Of a stretch of DNA of 64,000 nt, positions 1 through 10,044 are shown one piece after another; within the stretch, counting starts at the first letter, position 1, and each line of letters opens with the position of its first letter. The stretch comes from Ignavibacteriota bacterium (GTDB lineage: Bacteria; Bacteroidota; Ignavibacteria; UBA10030; UBA6906), in NCBI GenBank assembly GCA_963801355.1, contig CAWDEM010000004.1, forward strand, positions 128,001 to 192,000, written 5' to 3'. The notes under the pieces were generated by a model, which was not told where the DNA came from, did not search any database, and saw nothing but the letters and a program-made list of their open reading frames with translations. The translations under genes and the position numbers were made by a program.

Positions 1-955
1 ACACTCTTTTCTCGAGCTCATTCTGCTGGCGGTGTGCGTTGTCCTCGCCATCATCGCTCCGGGATTCTTCACGACCGACAACCTTCTGAATGTCCTGCGC
101 AATGTGTCGATGCAGGGGATTATTGCCCTCGGCATGACATCGGTCATCATCGCAGGGGAAATCGATCTGAGCGTTGGTTCTGCGGTGGCCTTTGCCGGGT
201 GCTGGACGGCATACCTCACAGGCCGGTTGTCCGACTGGCCTCCTGCGGCAGCGATAGGCACAGCGGCCGGAATCGCCGTCTGCACAGGCTTTGCACTGGG
301 TGCCTTTGCGGGATTCATCCGCACGCGATTCAATGTCCCTTCGTTCATCAGCACCCTTGCGCTCATGACCGGTCTTTCGGGGGCGGCGGAGTTGATTACC
401 AATGGCTTTCCCCTGACTCCGTTCCCGGCATGGTACAACATCATTGGTGGCGGGTATGTGCTGGGCATTCCAGTGCCGGCTCTGGTGTTCCTTGCAGCAT
501 TTCTGGCGATGCATTTCTTCATGAGCAACACGGTATTCGGCCGCGAAGTGTATGCCGTCGGCGGGAATGCGGAAGCAGCACGGTTGAGCGGCATTAACGT
601 GGCCCGTGTCAAGATACTTGTACTCGGTCTGACCTCCACACTCGCCGCTATCGCCGGCATCATGCAATCATCGGAAATCATGTCGGGCACCGCTACAACG
701 GCAAAAGGATGGGAACTTGACGTCATCGCCGCGGTCATCATCGGAGGGACCAGTCTGACCGGTGGTGCGGGGACCGTTCGCGGAACAATGGTCGGCATCG
801 TATTCCTCGGCGTCATTATCAACGGCATGACGCTCATGAACGTCAGTGAGTACTGGCAGCACGTGGTGCGCGGCATCTTGATTCTCGGAGCGGTGCTGAT
901 CAATAGAATGCAGGCGGAGAGTGCTGCTGCACAACGTGCCGGAGTAACACGATGA
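1..955 (+). CDS. Sugar (ribose-type) ABC transporter permease, probably 5'-truncated by the window edge
   Basis: Hydrophobic protein with RbsC-family motifs GEIDLSVGS, GREVYAVGGNAEAARLSGINV and ELDVIAAVIIGG. Confidence 0.9.
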   Translation, partial: HSFLELILLAVCVVLAIIAPGFFTTDNLLNVLRNVSMQGIIALGMTSVIIAGEIDLSVGSAVAFAGCWTAYLTGRLSDWPPAAAIGTAAGIAVCTGFALGAFAGFIRTRFNVPSFISTLALMTGLSGAAELITNGFPLTPFPAWYNIIGGGYVLGIPVPALVFLAAFLAMHFFMSNTVFGREVYAVGGNAEAARLSGINVARVKILVLGLTSTLAAIAGIMQSSEIMSGTATTAKGWELDVIAAVIIGGTSLTGGAGTVRGTMVGIVFLGVIINGMTLMNVSEYWQHVVRGILILGAVLINRMQAESAAAQRAGVTR

Positions 956-2019
956 TCAACCTCTTGTCACTGGGGTGGAACAGCCACTTTGCGGAGCGGT
1001 TTGCCGCGCTTTCCCAGGAGGGGGTGCTGCCCGCCCGCGTTGCCATCCAGCAAAAGCACCGGTACATCCTGTATACCGCCATGGGGGAACGACCCGGCGA
1101 AATCGCCGGCCGGGTTCACTATGAAGCCCACGGTACTCAGGACTATCCGGTGGTGGGCGACTGGGTCATAGTGCGCGAGAGGCCGGGTGAGGAGATGGTG
1201 ACGATTGTGGGCATACTCCCGCGACTCACGCGCTTTGCAAGGAAGGCAATAGGTGTCCGCACGGTCGAACAGGTCATCGCCGCCAACATCGACACCGCAT
1301 TTATCGTGAACGGACTTGATGCGGGCATCAATCCGCGCCGCGTCGAGCGGTACCTCGTTCTCGCCGCCGAAAGCGGGGCCCGTGCGGTTATCGTGCTCAA
1401 CAAGGCGGATCTCGTCACGGACGCCCCCGGGGCAGCGCGTGATCTGGCTTCGATTGCGCATGGCTCCCCGGTCGTGGTCACCAGCGCCATACGCAACGAG
1501 GGCCTGGACAGCCTCCTCAAGTTCCTGCCGTCCGGTTCGACCGGCGCACTTCTTGGACCATCCGGCGTCGGGAAGTCCACCATCGCCAACCAGCTACTTG
1601 GACAGAACAGACTGGAGACGGGAGAGGTGCGCGCCGCAGACCGGAAGGGCCGTCATATCACGAGTCACCGTGAACTTGTTATCCTGCCGGGCGGCGGTTT
1701 GCTTATTGATTCGCCGGGCATGCGGGAACTGCAGCTCTGGGGTGGCGAGGAAGGGATCCAGGAAGCCTTTGAGGATATCGTCGCTCTGGCGGAAGCCTGT
1801 AAGTTCCGGGACTGCCAGCATATTGCCGAGCCGGAGTGTGCCGTCCGCGCGGCTCTTGAGGGAGGCCGCCTTGATCCCGCACGATACGCGAGTTTTCAGA
1901 AGCTTCAGAAAGAAATCGCCTACCAAGCGCGCTTGCTCGACAAGACTGCCTCCCTGAAAGAGAAGCAGCGCGCAAAGCGTCTCACCGCGCAGCACAAGAG
2001 GGGTTACCGGAAGACCTAA
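952..2019 (+). CDS. rsgA: Ribosome small subunit-dependent GTPase A
   Basis: PVVGDWV, LNKADL, GPSGVGKST, DSPGMRE and zinc finger CKFRDCQHxxEPxCAV; ATGA overlap with the upstream gene. Confidence 0.95.
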   Translation: MINLLSLGWNSHFAERFAALSQEGVLPARVAIQQKHRYILYTAMGERPGEIAGRVHYEAHGTQDYPVVGDWVIVRERPGEEMVTIVGILPRLTRFARKAIGVRTVEQVIAANIDTAFIVNGLDAGINPRRVERYLVLAAESGARAVIVLNKADLVTDAPGAARDLASIAHGSPVVVTSAIRNEGLDSLLKFLPSGSTGALLGPSGVGKSTIANQLLGQNRLETGEVRAADRKGRHITSHRELVILPGGGLLIDSPGMRELQLWGGEEGIQEAFEDIVALAEACKFRDCQHIAEPECAVRAALEGGRLDPARYASFQKLQKEIAYQARLLDKTASLKEKQRAKRLTAQHKRGYRKT

Positions 2020-2228
2020 CGGCTGGCAGCAGCCCTCTCTTTCCCGCCGAGTACGCGTGCCGGAAGAAAGAGCAGGGTTTTCAGGAACGCAAAGAGTGCT
2101 TCAAATGTAATCCCGACAATCCGGAATGGAATGGACAGCAGCCATACGATCGGGTAGAGTACCAGCGCCAGGAGCGCCAGCGGCCAGCAGAACACCAACA
2201 GAAGCAACCAGAGCAGGAATTTTATCAC
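2016..2228 (-). CDS. Small hydrophobic membrane protein (~70 aa)
   Basis: GTG start at 2228 preceded by GGAGG; translation MIKFLLWLLLLVFCWPLALLALVLYP... Confidence 0.7.
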   Translation of the reverse strand: MIKFLLWLLLLVFCWPLALLALVLYPIVWLLSIPFRIVGITFEALFAFLKTLLFLPARVLGGKERAAASR

Positions 2229-2361
2229 GGTGCACCTCCAGTTGATCATACGGCAGGAATGCGCCGGGGTTGCACTTGCGCCGCGAGTTGCATTCGCCCT
2301 TTCCTTGCCGTTCTTTGGCTGAGTTCGGTACATTTCTTTTCATTCTCCGGGGTACTACGTA

Positions 2362-3609
2362 ATGAACCAGCGTCAGCTCCGCAAAACGCTTGCGGGTTTC
2401 TATTCAAAGAAGTTCGACACCGGCACAGATCTGTTGACACATGTCGTCCAGCAGATCGTGGAGCATGCAGGGATTGAGATTACGGGCGGCCGTGTATGGC
2501 GTCTGCGCACTGCCGCCTTTGCGTACGAGCTTGCCGCTCAGGTCGGTTCCGTACACAAAATACGGGAGCGCTACCGGATCCGTGCCGACCGCTATGCGAT
2601 GTTCAAGCGGCTGCCGAAACAACGCACGGTGGTCCTGCGCGAAACCGACCGGTATCTCCGGCGCAGGGGGATCTTGCGTTATTCCGCCACCGGTGTGGGC
2701 GACATCGTGAAGGTCCACAACATCCCCTTCTACCAGTATATCCTCTCCTTCAACACAACGCTCAACGAAGATCAGATTGCTCCGACGCTCGACATCATCG
2801 GCATCGTTGTATCGAACATGTTGACGAGCCTGCGCAGTGAGCGGCAGGGCACCCAATACAAGAAGGCCCTCGACCAGGCCCGCGAGATCCAGCAGAGCAT
2901 CCTTCCCGACGGCGCGCTGCGGTTTCATCATTACGAGATCTACGGTCTTTCCGTTCCCGATAAGATCGTGGGCGGCGACTTCTTCGACTACATCATCAGC
3001 GACGATAAAGATCGGCTTTCGATCGCCATCGGCGATGCCGCAAGCAAGGGAATGGTCTCGGCCGTGCAGGCGTTTTATATATCGGGCGCCATCCGTATGG
3101 GCATCGGCTTTCAGACCAAGCTGATCTCACTTATTCACCGGATCAACTTGTTGACGCACAGGATGTTCCCGTCCGAGCGGTTCTTCACACTCGTGATCGC
3201 CGAGTTCACCAATGACGCGAAGGGAATTTGTCTCTACGTCAACGCGGGTCATCCGCGGCCGATCCTTTTTCACGCCGACACACGCGACACAGAAGTGCTG
3301 GAATCAACGGGCACGATTATCGGACCCTTTCCGGAACAATTGTTTCGCCGGGAGAGCGCCGTTCTCGGCAAGGGCGATCTCCTGCTGCTCTATACGGACG
3401 GCGTGATGGAAGCAATGGACGCTGAAGGCAATCAGTATTCAGAAAAGCGGCTGGCTGAGGATCTTGTGGCCTTGCACAGCCGCAGCGCCGAGGAGATTGC
3501 ACACGCAATTTTGGAGAGGGTGCAGCGGTATGGTGTGCGTGGTAAAAATCAGGATGACAAGACCATTGTGGTGGTGAAGAGGCTCCCCCCGATAGGCAAT
3601 AGGCACTAG
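2362..3609 (+). CDS. PP2C/SpoIIE (RsbU-like) Ser/Thr phosphatase with an N-terminal GAF-like region
   Basis: AREIQQSILP, VGGDFFD, IGDAASKG, NAGHP, LYTDGVMEA and DDKT motifs. Confidence 0.9.
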   Translation: MNQRQLRKTLAGFYSKKFDTGTDLLTHVVQQIVEHAGIEITGGRVWRLRTAAFAYELAAQVGSVHKIRERYRIRADRYAMFKRLPKQRTVVLRETDRYLRRRGILRYSATGVGDIVKVHNIPFYQYILSFNTTLNEDQIAPTLDIIGIVVSNMLTSLRSERQGTQYKKALDQAREIQQSILPDGALRFHHYEIYGLSVPDKIVGGDFFDYIISDDKDRLSIAIGDAASKGMVSAVQAFYISGAIRMGIGFQTKLISLIHRINLLTHRMFPSERFFTLVIAEFTNDAKGICLYVNAGHPRPILFHADTRDTEVLESTGTIIGPFPEQLFRRESAVLGKGDLLLLYTDGVMEAMDAEGNQYSEKRLAEDLVALHSRSAEEIAHAILERVQRYGVRGKNQDDKTIVVVKRLPPIGNRH

Positions 3610-3651
3610 GCAATGGGCAATAGGTGTCAGGTGCCTCGTGCCCAGTGCCTA
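3593..3651. repeat. Heptamer tandem repeat plus its inverted copies, forming a hairpin between convergent genes
   Basis: TAGGCAA TAGGCAC TAGGCAA TGGGCAA TAGGTGT cag GTGCCTC GTGCCCA GTGCCTA. Confidence 0.8.
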
Positions 3652-5835
3652 AAAATAGTACAAGTACTTCACCTTCAGCACACCCGCCCGCTCCGTTGTG
3701 CGCATCCTCGCGGGCAGCAGTTCACCGCCTGGAGAGTACTCATCTTTTCGCTCCCGTACCTCATTCAACGCGAGATAAATCCAGCTCTTTGGCAGGAAGT
3801 TGTAGGAAAAGAGGAACCCCACGATCACCCGGTCAAGACGATCTGTGGATTTCACGAACACGTTGTCGACGTAGATGCGGAGGTTCAGATTGTTGACAGG
3901 TGTGACGGAGACATACGGACGGGCATTGTATGTGATATCTTCCACTTTGCCCCGGGGGTTTCCTTCAACATATGCATTGAACGACGTCCCGAGCTCGATG
4001 GCGTTTGACGTCTTCCATTCCACATTGCTGTACAGCCAGACGTAGGACGCAACATACTCACGATCAAAGTTGTACCCGTGAAAGAATCCACCGCCGAAAT
4101 TGCCTTCCCAGCGCGGTGAGGTATGGAACCATGTGCTCACGTCGACTTCCCACATATTGAATTCCTCACCTTCATCCCTGGTCGGTCCCCCGATGACCGT
4201 GACTTCGTAGCCCCACCCTTCCCTGAATTGCATGTTCAACCCGACTGCAGCCAGGCGGTCCCAGCAGAGATCCGTTTCCTCATATCTGAAACCGAGACCG
4301 CCGTAGAGAAAAATCTGGCTGAGTGCACCGGTGTCGAAAAACCAGCGGGGTCCGGTGATGGCATCAAGGAGCGCAGTCCCCTGCCAGGGAACAAACCCCA
4401 CATTGTCAACGTCGAAGGAGCTGCCAATGGCGCGTCCACGGATGAGCACCGCCCACGATTTGCCGAACTGGACAAAACCGGCGGAACCACCGAAATCCCC
4501 ATCCCCGTCTTTAATCGAACGTGCGATCTGATACGCCAGCTGCCAATCAGAACCTCGAAAGGCGCCGTCAATGTCCACAACTCCCTCAAGGTGACCAGGT
4601 GTGTGTTTTCCAACGAAGAGAAGGCCGACTGCCGAGTTTTCCAGAATGCGTTTCTTCACGCGGGCCGAGCTGAAGATCGCCGCCGGCTCCGTCTGCCGGA
4701 CGTCGTCATCGTCCGTGTACTCCACGCTGCCTGTCCGGGCAACGAACGTGCCGTATTCCCAGGACTCCAGGCGGCCGTGCGCCTTTGCGCCGATCTGCAG
4801 AGGAACAAGTGTGCCGTCATCAAGCACTTTGCCGATCCTGCGTGAATAGAAAAGCTCGAGGGGCGTGTAGAAACCCGTGTTGTTGTCCCGTCCGGCAGCC
4901 ATGAACACTTCCGTGCCGGTGGTAAAGAAGGGCCGCCGCTCGTTGAAGTAGCTTTCGTAGCGTGAGATGTTGAACTGGAAGGGATCTGCTTCGATCTGGG
5001 CGAAGTCGGGGTTGCCTGTGAGTTGAAGTGTTAGTTGCTCGGATGGATTATAGAAGAGATCGATCCCCGCATCGGGCTTGATGCTGTATTTTCCGCTTTC
5101 GGTGTATGTCGCCCGGGTAAGGACAACGGGATATACTTCCAGGTTAAGACCCTCTACTGTGGGCTGTGCGCTATTCAACCGGAGCGTACCGAATCTGGAG
5201 ATCCGCTGCCCTTCGTTCTGTTGATAAGTGCACCAGTAGACGTCTTCGTTCTTTGAGGATATCCATCGATCGAAATCCAACCCCCACTCGACGAGGCCCC
5301 GATTGTACCGGAGCGACTTGAACGGGATTTCCATCTCGATAACAAATCCCCATGCGTAGACACCGCTCCGGGCGAACCAGACGCCGTCCCAGCTGTAATC
5401 GCGGTTCCGCGCGTCGTCCAGCATGCGCGCATCTCCCTGTACCCCGGCTGCACTGACGGCGAATTTGTAGGCCGTCTGTTTGTCCCCAAACGTATCCAGC
5501 ATGAGTGATACTACATCGCCACTGGTCTCATCGTGCACAGAACTGATGTCCATGATCTCCGCATTTTCTTGCCTGCAGACTATCAGACAATAGAGCGCTT
5601 CGTCCGTTGCGAGGAGTTTTGCCACTGTGGCTTCGGAGGACGGTTTGCCGTAGTACGGCTGTAATTGCGTGTACCCATCTGTGGAATCAGCCTGATTCCA
5701 GAGTTCATCAACGACACCGTCAACGACCGGGGGAAACCGGACAGATTGCAGGGTCAGGACCTTTTCCCCGGAGAAAGCCACTCCATAAGCGAGGAGAAGG
5801 CCCACCACAATGCCCGTGTTTGATCGAAAACGCAA
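3649..5835 (-). CDS. CBM9-like/DUF5916-type outer-membrane protein
   Basis: Signal peptide, PVVDGVVDELW, NPDFAQIEAD, ERRPFF, LFYSRRIG; C-terminal KVKYLYYF resembles a beta-signal. Confidence 0.8.
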   Translation of the reverse strand: MRFRSNTGIVVGLLLAYGVAFSGEKVLTLQSVRFPPVVDGVVDELWNQADSTDGYTQLQPYYGKPSSEATVAKLLATDEALYCLIVCRQENAEIMDISSVHDETSGDVVSLMLDTFGDKQTAYKFAVSAAGVQGDARMLDDARNRDYSWDGVWFARSGVYAWGFVIEMEIPFKSLRYNRGLVEWGLDFDRWISSKNEDVYWCTYQQNEGQRISRFGTLRLNSAQPTVEGLNLEVYPVVLTRATYTESGKYSIKPDAGIDLFYNPSEQLTLQLTGNPDFAQIEADPFQFNISRYESYFNERRPFFTTGTEVFMAAGRDNNTGFYTPLELFYSRRIGKVLDDGTLVPLQIGAKAHGRLESWEYGTFVARTGSVEYTDDDDVRQTEPAAIFSSARVKKRILENSAVGLLFVGKHTPGHLEGVVDIDGAFRGSDWQLAYQIARSIKDGDGDFGGSAGFVQFGKSWAVLIRGRAIGSSFDVDNVGFVPWQGTALLDAITGPRWFFDTGALSQIFLYGGLGFRYEETDLCWDRLAAVGLNMQFREGWGYEVTVIGGPTRDEGEEFNMWEVDVSTWFHTSPRWEGNFGGGFFHGYNFDREYVASYVWLYSNVEWKTSNAIELGTSFNAYVEGNPRGKVEDITYNARPYVSVTPVNNLNLRIYVDNVFVKSTDRLDRVIVGFLFSYNFLPKSWIYLALNEVRERKDEYSPGGELLPARMRTTERAGVLKVKYLYYF

Positions 5836-5914
5836 GAGTCAGTGAACCGTGTGAAATGAACGGAATGGTGCGCACTCCCCTCCGTTGTATTGGACGCAGA
5901 AACGACGGAAATTG

Positions 5915-5943
5915 TTGCGTCTCTTGGCCAAACTGCCTATTTT
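5915..5943 (+). promoter_or_regulatory. Putative sigma70 promoter of the AGCS symporter operon
   Basis: TTGCGT-N17-TATTTT. Confidence 0.45.
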
Positions 5944-5992
5944 CGAGGAACAGGAATTCCTTCACCCGCACCTCGACCCGGATCCAAATTCT

Positions 5993-7346
5993 ATGCCTGC
6001 ACTCGAACAGTTTCTGCAAAGCATCAGCGATCTCATCTGGGGCTACCCATTGCTGGTGCTGCTCTTCGGGACACACCTTTTTCTGACATTCCGCCTCCGT
6101 TTCATACAGCGATATATCGGGACCGCCATAAAAATATCCCTGAAACGTTCCAGTGAAGGGACCGGCGATGTCAGCCAGTTCGGGGCCCTGACGACGGCGC
6201 TGGCTGCGACAATCGGCACGGGAAACATTGTTGGTGTTGCCACCGCTGTGGCGGCAGGGGGACCCGGCGCCGTGCTCTGGATGTGGCTCACCGGAGTCTT
6301 CGGCATTGCGACAAAATACAGCGAGGCCCTTCTCGCGGTCAAGTACCGGATCAAAACTGCATCGGGTGCCATGGCGGGCGGACCGATGTATGTACTGGAA
6401 CGCGGCATGAAAGCGAAATGGCTGGGCGTGGTGTTCGCTTTCCTCACCGCCTTTGCAGCCTTCGGCATAGGAAACATGGTACAGGCCAACTCCATCTCGA
6501 CAATGGTGGCTGAGAACTTCAAGATCTCCCCCTGGATCACCGGTGTTCTCATGACTGTGTTGACGGCCGTCGTCATCATCGGCGGCATTAAGTCCATAGC
6601 CCGGGTCTGTGAGGCGCTGGTGCCATTCATGGCCATATTTTACGTACTGGGATGCCTCATTCTTCTCATCATGAACTACAGCACGTTGCCTGACACGGTC
6701 TCTTTGATATTCAACTCCGCATTTACCGGCCAGGCGGCCATCGGGGGGTTTCTCGGTGCGGGCATGAAAGAGGCGATCCGCTATGGAATGGCCCGCGGGC
6801 TGTTTTCCAACGAATCCGGACTCGGGAGCGCCCCTATCGTTGCGGCGGCTGCACAAACAAAGAACCCGGTGCGCCAGGCGCTGGTCTCTTCCACCGGCAC
6901 GTTCTGGGATACCGTCGTGGTCTGCGCCATGACCGGCCTCGTGCTGGTAAATTCGGGAGAGTGGATATATGGGTTGAAAGGTGCCGCACTTACGAGTGCG
7001 GCGTTTGCGGATTTTCCCGTCATCGGACCAATTGTACTTACCGTAGGACTTCTGACATTTGTCTTTTCGACCATTCTCGGGATGGTCTTACTACGGCGAG
7101 AAGGCCGCGGAGTATCTGCTTGGGTCTCGCGTGATCAAGCCGTACCGCTGGCTCTGGGTTGCCGCAGTGATGGCCGGATCGGTACTATCGTTGCCGCTCG
7201 TCTGGACGTTTGCCGACATCGCCAACGGCTTGATGGCAATCCCCAACCTGATCTCGCTTCTTGTATTAAGCGGCGTGCTGATTGCAGAGACAAAGCACTT
7301 TCTCTGGAACAAGAATCTCGATGACAATGCAGAAGGTGGTCTATGA
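5993..7346 (+). pseudogene. Na+/alanine-glycine symporter (AGCS family) with a +1 frameshift at about 7079-7081
   Basis: ALAATIGTGNIVGVA, GGPGAVLWMW and RGLFSNESGLGS motifs; conserved ILGWSYYGEK is split between ORFs 5885..7324 and 7059..7346. Confidence 0.85.
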
Positions 7347-8095
7347 AGAGAAGAGTAGTGCTTGTCACAGGCGCCTCCCGAGGTATCGGTAAGGCAATTG
7401 CCACCCTGTTTGCAGAAAACGGCGACCGTATTGCCGTGCACTACCATGTGGATGCCGTCAGTGCCGAGCAAACGCTCGCCGCACTTGCCGGAAGCGGGCA
7501 CAAGACGTTCCAGGCGGATATTGCCCGTCCGGAGGAGGCCCGACGGTTGGTCAGTGACGTACTCAGCGCAATGGATCGCATTGATGTGCTTGTAAATAAC
7601 GCCGGAATATTCGAGCTGCATGCGATTGCCGACGTGGGATTTGATCGCTGGGTCCAGGCATGGGAACGAATACTGGACACCAATCTTCTCGGTGCGGCAC
7701 ACGTGGCATACGGTGCCGCTCAGGCGATGATACGGCGGGGAGGCGGAAAGATTATCAACATTTCTTCCCGTGGAGCTTTCCGCGGAGAACCGGACGCGCC
7801 GGCGTACGGGGCCAGCAAAGCCGGGATGAATGCCATGAGCCAATCCCTGGCTAAAGCACTTGCGCCCCACAAGATCATGGTCTACGCAATTGCACCCGGC
7901 TGGGTGGCAACCGATATGGCTGCAGATGTTCTGGCCGGAGAGGAGGGAGATGAAATCCGCAATCAGAGTCCGCTGGCGCGCGTCGCCGAGCCGGATGAAA
8001 TCGCACGCACGGCGCTTTTCCTTGCTTCAGAAGGCACTGATTTTCTCACCGGATGTATCATCGATGTCAACGGAGCTTCATACTTGAGAACGTGA
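7343..8095 (+). CDS. SDR family NAD(P)-dependent oxidoreductase
   Basis: TGASRGIG, NNAGI and YGASK motifs. Confidence 0.92.
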   Translation: MKRRVVLVTGASRGIGKAIATLFAENGDRIAVHYHVDAVSAEQTLAALAGSGHKTFQADIARPEEARRLVSDVLSAMDRIDVLVNNAGIFELHAIADVGFDRWVQAWERILDTNLLGAAHVAYGAAQAMIRRGGGKIINISSRGAFRGEPDAPAYGASKAGMNAMSQSLAKALAPHKIMVYAIAPGWVATDMAADVLAGEEGDEIRNQSPLARVAEPDEIARTALFLASEGTDFLTGCIIDVNGASYLRT

Positions 8096-8110
8096 GAGGA
8101 GCACCGCACC

Positions 8111-9169
8111 TTGGCCTCGACACCGACATTACGGGACTCCCTGCACCAGCTTACACGTCCCGGCGAGCTTTGTGTAAAGGCTGAGGACGGGACCGTCCAT
8201 TGCTATGCGTGCGGTCATCGCTGCAAGATTCTCCCCGGGCGGGAAGGTATCTGCAAGGTACGCTTCAACGACGGCGGTGTTCTCATGGTCCCCCATGGAT
8301 ATGTGAGCGGGCTCGCAGTCGATCCTATCGAGAAGAAACCGTTCTTCCACGTCCTTCCCGGTGCTGCAGCCCTCAGCTTCGGCATGCTCGGTTGCGACTA
8401 TCATTGCGCCTATTGCCAGAACTGGTACTCATCCCAGAGCCTCCGCGACCCGATGGCCGCCGCAGAACCTCGGCGGATCACCGCCGAACAGATTGTCGGC
8501 CTCGCCCTTGAGGAGCACATTCCCGTTATCACCAGCACATACAATGAGCCGCTCATCACCACCGAATGGGCGGTGGAGATCTTCAAGCTCGCGAAGTCCT
8601 ATGGCATACGCTGTGCATACGTTTCCAACGGGAATGCCACGCCCGAAGTGCTCGACTACCTGCGACCATGGATTGACTGCTACAAGGTCGACCTCAAGAG
8701 CTTCCGGCAGAAGAGTTACCAGCAGCTCGGAGGCAGGCTGGAGAATGTTCTGGACTCCATTAAGCAGTTGAAACAGATGGGGATCTGGGTGGAAGTAGTC
8801 ACGCTGGTCGTCCCGGGGTTCAATGATGAGCCTGAAGAGCTTGCAGACATCGCCGGATTTCTGGCTTCGGTCTCCGCCGACATCCCGTGGCATGTCACCG
8901 CATTCCACGAAGATTACAAAATGACCGATCCACCCCGCACGTCTCCTGCACTGCTCCGCCGTGCAGCGGAAATCGGCAGCGAGAAGGGTTTGCACTTCGT
9001 CTATGCCGGCAATCTCCCGGGACAAACCGGACGGCTTGAAGACACACGCTGCCCGGAATGTGGAACAACAGTTATTGAGCGGTCGGGATTCAGCGTGAAG
9101 TCAAACAAACTGATGGAGGGACACTGTCCACGGTGCGCTGTGACCATTCCCGGCCTGTGGGAGAAATAA
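8111..9169 (+). CDS. amrS: AmmeMemoRadiSam system radical SAM enzyme
   Basis: CxxCxHxC N-terminus, DPIEKKPFFH, CDYHCAYCQN (CxxxCxxC), TYNEP, VYAGN and C-terminal CPxC pairs. Confidence 0.88.
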   Translation: MASTPTLRDSLHQLTRPGELCVKAEDGTVHCYACGHRCKILPGREGICKVRFNDGGVLMVPHGYVSGLAVDPIEKKPFFHVLPGAAALSFGMLGCDYHCAYCQNWYSSQSLRDPMAAAEPRRITAEQIVGLALEEHIPVITSTYNEPLITTEWAVEIFKLAKSYGIRCAYVSNGNATPEVLDYLRPWIDCYKVDLKSFRQKSYQQLGGRLENVLDSIKQLKQMGIWVEVVTLVVPGFNDEPEELADIAGFLASVSADIPWHVTAFHEDYKMTDPPRTSPALLRRAAEIGSEKGLHFVYAGNLPGQTGRLEDTRCPECGTTVIERSGFSVKSNKLMEGHCPRCAVTIPGLWEK

Positions 9170-9172
9170 AAC

Positions 9173-9201
9173 GGGCTGTCTCATAAGTCATGAGGCAGCC
9201 C
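9173..9201. terminator. Hairpin between convergent amrS and LysM genes
   Basis: GGGCTGTCTCAT-AAGTC-ATGAGGCAGCCC, 12-bp stem with one G-U pair. Confidence 0.6.
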
Positions 9202-9237
9202 CTTGTGAGACCGGGTGAAACACAGAGGAAGAAGATC

Positions 9238-9612
9238 CTACTTCGGGGGAAGTTGCAGCTTCTGCCCCACTTTGATCAGATCGGGATCCTTCAGGATGCC
9301 CTTGTTGAGATTGAAAATCTCCATGTAGCGCTTCGCATTACCGAGGTGGGCCTTCGCCAGCTTTGACAGTGTGTCTCCGGCCTTCACGGTGTAGTAGCCA
9401 TACACGTCTGTTTTCTGCACCCCGATATTCGCTTCAACCTCAGTCTGCCACGTGGGAACCGTTTTGAGTTCGTCCCAGAACAGGTCCTTGTCGAGTGCAT
9501 ACGGAGCGGAACCCTTGATCCGCAGTTTACCCGCCTCTTCCTTCACATCGAGGCCTGCAAATCCGAGGTTGCGTGCAAGATCCAGCGCTGTTTTATATTT
9601 GTCCTGTAACAT
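9238..9612 (-). CDS. LysM domain protein (Kbp/YgaU-like architecture)
   Basis: YTVKAGDTLSKLA...IFNLNKGILKDPDLIKVGQKLQLP; RBS upstream. Confidence 0.88.
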   Translation of the reverse strand: MLQDKYKTALDLARNLGFAGLDVKEEAGKLRIKGSAPYALDKDLFWDELKTVPTWQTEVEANIGVQKTDVYGYYTVKAGDTLSKLAKAHLGNAKRYMEIFNLNKGILKDPDLIKVGQKLQLPPK

Positions 9613-9641
9613 TATGTCCCTCCGTTTTTGTTAATTGTGAA

Positions 9642-9995
9642 CTACTTGACGCTTTTCTTCATGAAGCCGGCGAAGAGACCCCAAGCACCGATGGCCAGAT
9701 TCACGATAATACCGATGGTGCTCTCGTTCAGTGCTATGCCGGCAATATTGTTCACTCCCAGTGCCCCGAGAACGCCCACCAGCGCATTGAGACCACCGAG
9801 ACCCAATGCACCGACACGCTGCTGTGTTTCGGGACCCTTGAAGCCGAGATAACTCAGAATGACTCCGGAAACAAGATTGAATATGCTGCCACCCTGACTG
9901 CTCCCGATAGCTGGAATCGCGCTTGGTGCAGCCGTGCCAATAAGGCCCAGCACCGTCTGGATAATACCAGCGTACTTCGAGAATGCTTGTAGCAT
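9642..9995 (-). CDS. Small 4-TM membrane protein (DUF4383-like)
   Basis: ATG at 9995 with GGAGG RBS; four Gly-rich hydrophobic segments. Confidence 0.7.
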   Translation of the reverse strand: MLQAFSKYAGIIQTVLGLIGTAAPSAIPAIGSSQGGSIFNLVSGVILSYLGFKGPETQQRVGALGLGGLNALVGVLGALGVNNIAGIALNESTIGIIVNLAIGAWGLFAGFMKKSVK

Positions 9996-10044
9996 AATAA
10001 CCTCCGTCATTGAGGAACTGCAGTGCGGAACACCGGAGACTGAA

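Noticed and set aside
5836-5992. Possible glycine riboswitch upstream of the AGCS symporter
   Set aside because: No GGAGA/CCGAAG/CUCUCAGG aptamer motifs seen, and the predicted leader is too short.
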